Source: Mustelus asterias (lineage: Eukaryota). Taken from it: a stretch of 64,000 nucleotides of DNA. Shown here one piece after another: positions 54,090 through 64,000 of this stretch (the first letter of the stretch is position 1; the number at the start of each line of letters is the position of its first letter). The translations under genes were made by a program, and so were the position numbers. The DNA is taken from the NCBI RefSeq assembly GCF_964213995.1, contig NC_135827.1:8804001-8868000 (forward strand). Direction: 5' to 3'. Below the pieces are notes generated by a model that saw nothing but the letters and a program-made list of their open reading frames with translations, did not search any database and was not told the origin of the DNA.

Positions 54090-54350
54090 CCATTGGGAAA
54101 AAGATACAAAAGTCTGAGGTCACGTCCTAACCGACTCAAGAACAGCTTCTTCCCTGCTGCTGTCAGACTTTTGAATGGACCTACCTCACACTAAGTTGCT
54201 CTTTCTCTACACCCTAGCTATAACTGTAACATTACATTCTGCACTCTCCTTGCCTTCCCTATGAATGGTCTGCCTTGTCTGTTCAGCATGCAGGAAACAA
54301 TACTTTTCACTGTATACCAATATATGTGACAGTACCAAATCAAATCAACA
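54090..54350 (+). mobile_element. Rex1/Babar-type LINE 3' fragment (another at 63240-63385, minus)
   Basis: gactcaagaacagcttcttccctgctgc..tgtgacagtaccaaatcaaatc. Confidence 0.8.
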
Positions 54351-54679
54351 ACATAAATAAATGCATTCAAAAAGGATGCTTTTCATAAATTGCAACTCAA
54401 AGAGACAAGAGCAGTTTAAGTCCCTTGCTATTTACTTCTCCCAAAGCTTCCTTTAAAAGTTCAGCAGCAGCTAATTTGATCTATCCACATCTGATAAACA
54501 CAGAAATTTCCAGTTATAAATGCACAAAAAATATACAATCTTGCACATGAGGTGACTCACCCTGCTTTCTATCTACCTGTATTATTGCGAGGTTAAACAA
54601 CAGCAATTCCCTTGTGACTTGGATCAGCTCATCACATCGATCACACATGCACCTCCTCAATTTTTCCAAAAGACACTTT

Positions 54680-55693
54680 GGGTCCTATTTTAGCTTTTTG
54701 ATTCGAAGTGCTGGGTGGATTTGAAACTGGGCGTGTTTCAGACCCAACTTTTCGATCCGTCCTCAGGCGCCCCCATACGCACTCTGCCTGAAAAAATATC
54801 AGCGAGTCCGAATCGCGCTGCACAACCCTGTGGCCGGGGCTTAATGCGCCTGAAACCCTGCAGCTCCGATCAGCGTTTCCAACTGCGCATGCACAGAAAA
54901 AATAATGATAGAATAACTCTCCCCTGCCACATTGCACCCGGGCCAGATAATGCCTCCCCCTGGTCCCCACAGACATTGCCCCACCCCCACAACATTACTG
55001 ACCCCCCTTATCCCTCCACCCTCTCTGCCACCCAGACCGACTGCAGGCCCCTCCCCCCCCTTCCCCCTCACTGATCTCAGGCAGAGTGGCAGCGCCCCCC
55101 CCCCCCTTACCCCACCCATCAATCTAAAGCAGGGAGCCATCGGACCCACCTTGCCCTCCCCCCCGCCCCTCCCCAACCAAGCTCAAGCAGAGAGTTATCG
55201 GACGCTCGGCACTCTAATCGGACTTTTGTGGAGCATGCCTGTTTCGCACCGATTCTGGATGGGCGAAAGCAGTGCCAAAGCGGAAAGTGCCGGTATGTTT
55301 AAAGCGCGGATGGATGGATTCCTGATCGGTAAGGGAATTAAGGGTTATGGGGATCAGGCGGGTAAGTGGTACTGATCCACGTCAGATCAGCCATGATCTT
55401 ATTGAATGGCGGGGCAGGCTCGAGGGGCTAGATGGCCGACTCCTGCTCCTATTTCTTATGTTCTTATGTAAGGTTGGGCGTGCAGCTCATTAAGTCAATT
55501 TAAATGCGTGCAAATGCATTTAAATGGCCGTTGCGCCCGTTTCGGGTGCAGTCTCGATCGCAGCCATTTTCGGGCCTTGGTAAAGGGGCAACCGACGCGG
55601 AGGCGGGTACGGATCACGCTACTCGCCTCATGCCCGACTTTGCCAAGTTTCCGCGCCTGAAAACAGACGCAACGTGATGGTAAAGTCAGGCCC
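54680..55693. mobile_element. Related Harbinger-type non-autonomous element
   Basis: Ends GGGTCCTATTTTA / TAAAGTCAGGCCC. Shares caggcgcccccatac and cgttgcgcccgttt blocks with 13294-15818. Confidence 0.75.
55293..55468 (+). mobile_element. Young CR1 3' fragment nested in a MITE
   Basis: CpG-rich; ends ctcctgctcctatttcttatgttcttatg; the MITE sequence resumes after it. Confidence 0.85.
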
Positions 55694-56513
55694 ATTGGGT
55701 TACCAGTGGATGAAGCGAGGCTGGAGTTGAATGATTTAAAAGGCTTGATTTCATAGTCAGGTGGACGCACTGAGTTCAACTGGTATAATTAATTTCCAAC
55801 GAATAACATAAACTTGATTACTAATCTGGCCTCTTCCGAGGCCCTGTCGCCTTCACAACTTCTCTTGTCGCAAACAGCAGGTTGCCTGTTTGATGTTTGT
55901 GTCTCTCTTTTTACCCCCAGCGTCACCGACAGAGATCAAAGTGTTTTCAAATGGAACAGGGAGAGAGCTGTTTTCCAATTGTCCAGTCAAGCTAAGGAAT
56001 TAGCACTCTTTTTTTATTCATTTGTGGGACATGCGCATCACTGGCTGGCCAGCATTTATTGCCCATCCCTAATTGTTGAGAGTCAACCACATTGGTGTGG
56101 CTCTGGAGTCAAATGTAGGCCAGACCAGGTAAGGATGGCATCTGGAGCAGTTACGTTTAATGTTTATTCAGTAATGTTTAATGTTTATTCATTAATGTCA
56201 CAAGTGGGCTTATATTAACGCTGCAATGAAGTTACTGTGAAAATCCCCTAGTCGCCCACACTCTGGCACCTGTTCGGGTACACGGAGGAAGAATTTAGCA
56301 TGGCCAAGGCACCTAACCAGTATGTCTTTCAGACGGTGGGAGGAGACTGGAGCACCCGGAGGAAACCCACGCAGGCACAGGGAGAACATGCAGACTCTGC
56401 ACAGACAGTGGCCCAAGCCGGAAATTGAACCCAGGTCCCTGGCGTCGTGAGGCAGCAGTGCTAACCACTTTGCCACCGCGCTGTCCAGCAAAGAAAGCCA
56501 GCAGGCGGGCTCA

Positions 56514-56580
56514 TGCCAAAACCCAGGATTGAACCACGGACCTTTAGATATACATTCTAACACTCTCCTCACAGAGCTTA
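56514..56580 (-). pseudogene. tRNA-Phe pseudogene
   Basis: AGCTCTGTGAGGAGAGTGTTAGAATGTATATCTAAAGGTCCGTGGTTCAATCCTGGGTTTTGGCA aligns with vertebrate tRNA-Phe AGCTCAGTTGGGAGAGCGTTAGACTGAAGATCTAAAGGTCCCTGGTTCGATCCCGGGTTTCGGCA. The 5' acceptor strand is lost and the anticodon loop is mutated. Confidence 0.85.
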
Positions 56581-58500
56581 GTGAGTGAAGCCAAAATGCT
56601 CTTCAGGGAGAAAGGGGCAATAGAAAGCCTCTTACCAGATCTTGGTAATCAAAATTGTGCAAGTGAGTACTCTGGGGGAGAAAGAGATCTGATTCGCTGT
56701 GGTTAACTCAGAACTAAACTGTGTGTGGAGTTTGCACATTCTCTGGAGACTCTGGAGTCACATGCAGGCCAGACTGGGTAAGGATTTCGTTCCCAAAGGA
56801 CATTAGTGAACCAGATGGGTTTTTCCGACAATGGTCATCAGAAATTCCAGATATTTTTCATTGAATTCAAATTCCACCATCTGCTGTGGCGGGATTCAAA
56901 TCCGGGTCCCCAGAACATTAGCTGAGTTTCTGCATTAATGTTGGTGCATAAACTCAGAATGAATAAATTGTTTCTATTTAATTTTTATTTTATTACTAAG
57001 CACGTGTGTCTGAAAATCAGACATCTCACAACTTTGCTGTGAACATTAAGACGTCAGAATTAAATCAAAGTGACCGCCCCCCATTTCTCGTGATTTATTT
57101 TCAAGTTATGACACATCTCTCAAGATTGTTTGAGACAGAGCCATGGACCACATCAACAATTTATATCTGACCTACTGTAAGGTGCCATTCTGCATTCCCA
57201 TGAAGTCATAACTGACAGAGAACTGTGATTAAAAAACACACACGCACATGTTTCCCAAGTTATTCAACAGTGCAAACAAAATGCATATTGTGAAATCATG
57301 AACTGTGGTTCTCAATAAACAAACCATAAAATAATCCTTCCTGTCACTCACCTTTCCTCCACTAAAACATTGTGACTGACTGGCTCACGATGACAGCGAC
57401 AAAATATTGGATAGGTCTGTGACAACAGAAAGAACTTCTTTTGTTTTACAACTGACAGGTAAATGTGGCTGCAAAATGCATCAGCTATTAGTACTAAGCA
57501 GAAGCTATCCTGAGCGGAGGAAGATTTTGAAATCAGAGGATGATGAAGGGTTCCATGTTCCGAAGGAAAATGGCAGGACTGTCCTTGAGTTACAACTGTC
57601 TGCATACTCGCCTTAGACTGTTCGACAGCAGGTAAGCGATCAACATTAGGACCTCTTCGTGGACTATTTTGAAATATGCAAGCACATTACAGTATGGGCC
57701 ACTGGTTGATTTGCTCTCACTGTGAGGAATACTGAGTTCTTGATCTAAATAATCATCAGTCGCTACAATTACAGCTATGAGTACACCATGAGAAAAATTG
57801 CAGAACAGGCAGATATATGACCAATCCACATTACATCACATAAGATGATCAGTACATTGTGTTGTTGCAAAGATTCTTTAATTTGACTAAATTTGGAAAG
57901 TTGCATCTGACACGCCGGTCAGTTACAAAAGCAGAGTGCATCAATATGTCTCAACTTTCAACACCTCTTGAAATAATGATAGGTAAATATCCCATGATGA
58001 AATAATGGCACATGAAGACTCGAGACAAAAATCAAATTGCTTTCAAGCTACTGCAGCAACTTAAGAGTCTTCCCAATACTTCCAATCAATAAACATGCAT
58101 CTGCTAATTACATAAGTGTCATAATAATACAAAGTGTAACATGAACATTGAATGCTTTTGCACTGATCCTACCATCCTTATTCCAGGATTAAAAAGAATT
58201 TTGGGCTTCACTTTAACTTATTCAAAACCCATTCACGTGCAGAGAATTAGAATCAGGCCCAGTGATTTCTGGTGTCTCTTTCAATGTTAAGTTGGCAAGA
58301 ACAAAAAATCCTATTTGTAAATTACATTACGTTACAGACAGTTACATATATTTCACCCACCAGTAATAAGCAATACCTGCCTGCCCTGGATTGGAGTAAA
58401 CCTCTTTTGTTAAGGTGTAATTTTTTCCATTCACTGCTCATTAGTGTCCTGTCTCTGTGGTTCTATGCCAATTAGGTTTACACAAGAATAGGTCCCTTAC

Positions 58501-58626
58501 CTGATGGAGAGAGGTGGTGCCATGTCACAGTGGGTTCTGGCCTTCCAATAGCGAGGCACATGAGGGTCACATTGCTGCCCTCATTCACAGAGACACTGCT
58601 GGAGATGTTGACGATTTTTGGTGGAA
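58501..58626 (-). CDS. OPCML: Internal exon of an IgLON-family gene (OPCML-like), first half of Ig domain 2
   Basis: Minus strand: cttctgtgtttgccttctcAG | 126 nt | GTaagg, phase 1-1. Translates to [55 protein letters not shown] matches OPCML as I recall it, and the exon size matches the IgLON pattern. IgLON membership is secure; the paralogue call (vs LSAMP/NTM/NEGR1/IGLON5) is less so. Confidence 0.85.
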
Positions 58627-59534
58627 CTGAGAAGGCAAACACAGAAGGCTTGTTTTAATACGATGAAGTGAGAAGTCGTTGATGTATTTCTTTGAGATTA
58701 AGCTAGTTTGTGTGCTTAAAATCTATTAATGCCTCACAGTACATTCCTCGCCGTAAAGATGCATCAAGCAAATGTATTTCAAAGTCAGTTTCCTCTCAGC
58801 CCATGTCAGAGGAAGAACACAACGCATGGCTTTATGATAAATGACAAGAAATACGGAGTTGTTAGAAATAACTCAACATCCCTAATCATGGTTCAATATT
58901 CAATTGTTAAGAAACATCAGAATCTCAAATAATGGTTAAATTCCAGTCTCTAAGGGCTACCCCAAATACTGGTATTTCCACCTGCCTCTGATACAGGTAC
59001 ATCAGTGACAGATACATGAAATGAAAGCCAAATAATAAGCAATTAGTGTTCAACATTCAGCTGTAAGGGCTGTCAAAATACTTCTGCAACTCAAGTTCTT
59101 TTTTGTGCAAAGGACAAAATGACAGACAAGTTTTACAGGTGTTTCACAATAGCTGTACCATGAAGTGGCACCCATTATGTTGTATGTTTATATGCAAGTC
59201 TGGTTCTGCTCAAAAGGCCAAATCGATCTTGAAATCTGCACTCAAAAGTATCACTGGATCAGTTCAATCCAGGCAGTCTATGCCATTTACCAACAGCCGC
59301 TAATGAAATGCAATCATCCCCAAGAGAAATAAAAAGGCTGTTCAACAAGCTTTTGCCACAAATATTCACAGTGAAACCTTCACAAGTGCCACTTGCTGCA
59401 TGGTTGAGTACTCTGTATAGTAGACTGATGCACAATTCAATACAACAGCAGTGCCATTCTGGAGGAATATTGTTACATGCTTAAATGCATACAAAATGTT
59501 CTCACAGTAATGGCTTGCATTTCAAGCTTTAAGT

Positions 59535-59832
59535 TCATTCATTAGTGTTACAAGTAGGTTTACATTAACACTGCAATGAACTTGCTGTGAAAATCCCCTA
59601 GTCGCCATACTCCGGCGCCTGTTTGGGTACACCGAGGGAGAATTTAGCATGGCCAATGCACCTAACCAGCACATCATTCTGACTGTGGGAGGAAACCGGA
59701 GCACCCCGAGGAAACCCACACAGACACAGGGAGAATGTGCAAACTCCACACAGACAGTGACCCAAGCGGGAATCGAACCCGGGTCCCTGGCACTGTGAGG
59801 CAGCAGTGCTAACCACTGTGCCACTGCCACCC
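59535..59832 (-). mobile_element. V-SINE with HE1 head and an alternative 3' tail (also 3758-4052(-), 5528-5800(+), 56185-56482(-))
   Basis: Same head and V-domain, then aattctccctcggtgtaccc..gcagtgttaatgtaa..ttgtgacactaataaa. Confidence 0.85.
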
Positions 59833-62800
59833 ATGCACTTCTTTAGAAAAAAATAACATCCCACATTTTTCACATGGTGTAATGGGAAATTCTTTTTCCA
59901 AAACCCAGTGGGAATCACTGGCTCAGCCAGCATTTATTGCCCATTCCAAACTGCCTTTGAAAAGGTGGTGGTGAGCTGCCTTCTCGTAGGTACACCCACA
60001 GTGCTGTTAGGGAGGGAGTTTCAAGAGTTTGATCCAGCGACAGTGAAGGAACAGCAACATATTTCCAAGTCAGGAGGGTAAATGACTTGGAGGAGTGCTT
60101 CCACGTGGTGGCATTCCCATGTGTCTGCTGCCCTTCTCTTTCTAGATGGTAGTGGACATAGGTTGGTAGTGGTCATAGGTTCTGCCTAAGGAACATTGGT
60201 GAGCTCCAGCGGTGCATCTTGTAGATGGTAGACACTGCTGCCATTGTGAAGCAAGATAAAGGGGGTGGTTCTAGAAAAGCCATAGAGCTTAGCAGAAAGA
60301 ATGGTCAAGAATTGGGCCTGGGTGATTGAGGAAAAGGCGAAAGGAAGGATCTAAATTTGAATAAATGGGAATTTTTATGGGGTCAGAGAGTTTCGAGTTG
60401 GATGAAGAAACATAGATAGAGAAAGCTGATGTCACAAAGGGACTTAAAAATGATGCCAAAGATTTTTCATTTGTGAAGAAGAAGCCAATATTGGTCAGAG
60501 AACATTAGTGGCTGGACAGTGAGATGTGCTGTGGACAGGATAAACACAAAACGTACAAAGGATGAGGATAGGAGATGAACCAAGAAAGTAGAGGATAAGT
60601 CAGCCTCAATGTTATTGTATTGCAACTTATTCCAGAGATATTCAGCCGTTAGCCTATCCTGCATCCTCCAATCCAATTAGTTCCTTGTGCCATCTCTGGA
60701 TCATTTGCCAATCATCTTCCATTTGCTCATCCCCCCAAACGATTGACAACAGTTTTTTTGTTATTTATCGAATTAATACCTGTATCTATATATCTTCTCT
60801 CAGCTTCCTCTGCTCCAAGGTGAACAGCAATTGGGCGGCATGGTGGCAAGCCTGCCTCACAGCGCCGCCAGGGACTCAGGTTCGATTCCCAGCTTGGGTC
60901 ACTGTTTGTGTGCAGTTTGCACATTCTCCCCATGTCTGTGTGGGTTTCCACTGGATGCTCCGGTTTCCTCCCACAGTCCAAAAGATATGCGGGTTAGGTT
61001 GATTGACCATGCTAAATTGCCCCCGAGTGTCTCCTGATGTATAGATTAGAGGGATTAGCGAAGTAAATATGTGGGGTTGTGGGATAGGGTCTGGGTGGGA
61101 TTGTTGTTGGTTCAGACTCGGTGGACCGAATGGCCGCCTTCTGCACTGTGGAGATTCCATGATTCTATGAACTCGAGCTTCACCGATCTGTCCACATAAC
61201 TGTGATACCTGATCCATGGAACCATTCCAGTGAATCTCTTCTCTATCCTCTCAAAAGCCTTCACGGCTTTAGTTGCACACAATTGTCCAAGTAGGATTTA
61301 ATTAATGTTTCACGTAGCTCAGCAGTACTTTCTGGTTTTTGTAGCCTGTGCCTCTATGTATAAACCTCAGGATCGCCTTTCCTTTGTGAACTGTTTTGCT
61401 CGCATGTCGTTCAAAGATACATGCCCCAATACCCTGAGGTTGCTCTCTTTTCCAGTCCCCTTTAAAATTGTATAATTTATCTTGTATTGTCTCTGTTCAT
61501 TCCTTTGAGCAAAATGTATCACCTCACACTTTTCTGCACTGAATTGCATTTACCATGAGTCTACCCATTCCAAAGGTAACCTGAAGCATGAGGCTTATTA
61601 AGGACATGCGTAGCTTCTGGCATTATTGACTGCACTGCATCCATTTTTTTCTCACTATCAATTCTTGGAAAATAGATATCTAGATGCAATTCTAATTTTA
61701 AAAAGAATATCGGATACCTCTTTGGTGATGAATATTTTAACAGAAAACAGCTAGAACGTGTAAAATCCTCAATCACAAAAATAGGAAACTCCATTGAAAA
61801 CTTGCTGGGATCAAAAGTCATACCACATTTGCATTGATCTGCCGAGCAAAATTTCTCTACAAGACATCGTACGAGTCCCTCATGGGTGTAGACCATACAT
61901 CTATAAAGGAACTAACAGCGGCTCTCCTTTTGAGGGCAGTTTGTGACAAGACAATTTAATTTATTACAGGAAATGTATCTTTGTGCCAATCATCAGCCGC
62001 ACTGTACAGAATATTATGGTGGACAGATAGTTTTGAAACTAATCAGCATTTGAATTTAATTGGAAATAGGTTGGCATAATTAGAGGGGTTGAGTGACAAT
62101 AAGGAAGAAATGTCATTCTGTCTTGTATTTCATTATTATTGCCATTTGAGTACCACAACTGCAGCCCCTGAGATATGGCATTTTTAACTGAATTTTAACT
62201 GAAATAAAAAGGTCTCTTATTTGCCAACCCACAAGCGGGGAGCTGGTGGCCCAACTCTGCTGGAGTGAAGCGGGGCCATGGAGGCCCCTCTGGAGCTCGA
62301 TGGTAAGGGGGAGTGCCTCCTGGCACTGCCCAAGGGGCTAAGTGGCAATGCACAAGGGGCATCTTGGCACCACCCACCAGGCATCGGGCAGTGCCAAGGT
62401 GGCGGGGCCTCTGGGGCACTCAGTGATGGTGGGAGGTCCCACTGCCACTCTGCATTTGGGATCGTAAGCAGAGGGAGTGAGGACAGCGATTGTGCTGGCC
62501 GGCGGTTGGGGGGTGGGGGGGGGGGGGAGGGGGATCAGGACCGCCATGGGTGGGGAGGGAAGAGATAGATGTGAGCCAGGAACTGTTGGGTGAGGTGAGG
62601 GGCAGGCCCGGAGATGTCTGGAAGGACAGCGTTCAGGGGATGGGGGATCGGAGGGGCAGCATTGCGGGTTTGAGGGGCTGACAATCGAGAGGCGATGGGT
62701 GCATGCAAAGTGGCCCACTTTAACCTGTGCTGCCGGCCTGTCCAGTGGGATTAGGCCCGCCCACAGATTTTCAGCGTGATTCACACAAGGGCAATCTGTG

Positions 62801-64000
62801 ATGCAGAGTGTGGGAGATTCATTTTGAAAGTCCCACTGAAAAAAGCAGCAGATTTACTCCAGTTTTTACACAAATTCGGCACTATTGGTGACACAAAAAG
62901 AAATCCAAGCCAGATCGAGTCGAGGGTGTAATGATGAATTAAGTGGAATCAGCATTTATCTTTAGATTTATTATTACAAAAAGAACCGAATCTTCTGCAA
63001 TCAAATATCCTGTTGAAGGGACATGGCACAGCCGAATGAATACAAGACTTTTTTTTAAACACAGAGTGTGATCTTACTGGCCATTCATGCCATGCTCCCG
63101 CTGCAGTGAAGTTGGAGAATTTGGCAACCAACCAAATCTCCGTCCACTGCGGCGGGATGGGAAAATCCTGCTGGAATGAACAGTGGTAAGATTCCGGCCA
63201 GAGACTGTACACTTTTTAAAAAGGAGTTTTGTTTTCCTTGGTATTTGATTTGATTTATTATTGTCAAATGTATTAGTATACAGTGAAAAGTCTTGTTTCT
63301 TGTGCGCTATACAGGCAAAGCATACCGTACATAGAGAAGGAAATGAGAGAGTGGAGAATCTACTATTACAGTCATATCTAGGGTGTCGGGCTCACCATTC
63401 CTGTCTTTTAAAACAGAATTCCTCATATGAAGAGCAAGATCTCCTTTACTCCAAAATACAACTCTGCAACGAGCCACTGGAAGAGATACAAGAGTGACCT
63501 GCATTGATTCACTCAACTGTTCCCTTCCAAGAAGCATGTGGTCTCTGCTCCATATATCTTCAGTGACACTTGTCACAATGTGATGAACTTGCATCTTATC
63601 AATCTATTGCACAGCAGGTTAGTGCTCCACCATAACGCACCACTGTTTCGTTTGTACTTCAGATAGATTTATTGTTTATGTTGCACACATTTCCACACAA
63701 GCTAAATAATGACACATTCTGTTCGGCCTCAACGAGGGAAAATCTAATTTCCCCGAGATTGATTTGTAGCCTGGCCCGGGATGAGCTCCACACAGATCAT
63801 GTTTCCATGGAACTGATGGAGTCGCCAAAAACGAATTACAAGGTAATCATCCAATCAACTTAAAACAGAAATCCTAAGAAGGGAAATGTAAGTGGCTTAT
63901 CAACAACTGCAAGCAACACCAAGCATTCGACCAAACAAAATGCTTTATTTAGCTTAGATTAATGCAGGTTAAAAAATCGACGTAACATTTAAAAGTTAAA

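Noticed and set aside
57352-57662. Possible extra minus-strand exon (GTGAGT donor at 57351, open frame)
   Set aside because: No IgLON similarity, and the open frame is phase 2, which does not fit the phase-1 donor at 58501.
62216-62880. GC-rich block, possible CpG island or promoter
   Set aside because: It resembles the GC-rich interiors of non-autonomous DNA elements (also 8700-9180, 45130-45620); no termini or TSS evidence.

Overview
Eukaryotic, repeat-dense vertebrate DNA, almost certainly elasmobranch (shark): it carries HE1-type V-SINEs, HER1/CR1 LINEs and a SacSINE1-like DeuSINE. The only host coding sequence I can support is one 126-nt minus-strand exon (58501-58626) encoding the first half of Ig domain 2 of an IgLON neural adhesion molecule, closest to OPCML from memory; the rest appears intronic. 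Main points: (1) three Penelope-like element (PLE) families carrying minimal hammerhead ribozymes, including a Neptune-type RT/GIY-YIG insertion with inverted arms, mini-insertions with 10-12 bp TSDs, and a subfamily with a compensatory U3:A8 core; (2) two related LTR-retroelement remnants, one env-like+PPT+LTR and one LTR+tRNA-Ser PBS; (3) Harbinger-type MITEs, one hosting a ~31-copy 40-bp minisatellite; (4) a decayed tRNA-Phe gene; (5) a candidate in-phase 24-nt microexon. Repeat boundaries are read by eye and approximate. Family names and protein comparisons are from memory, not from database searches.
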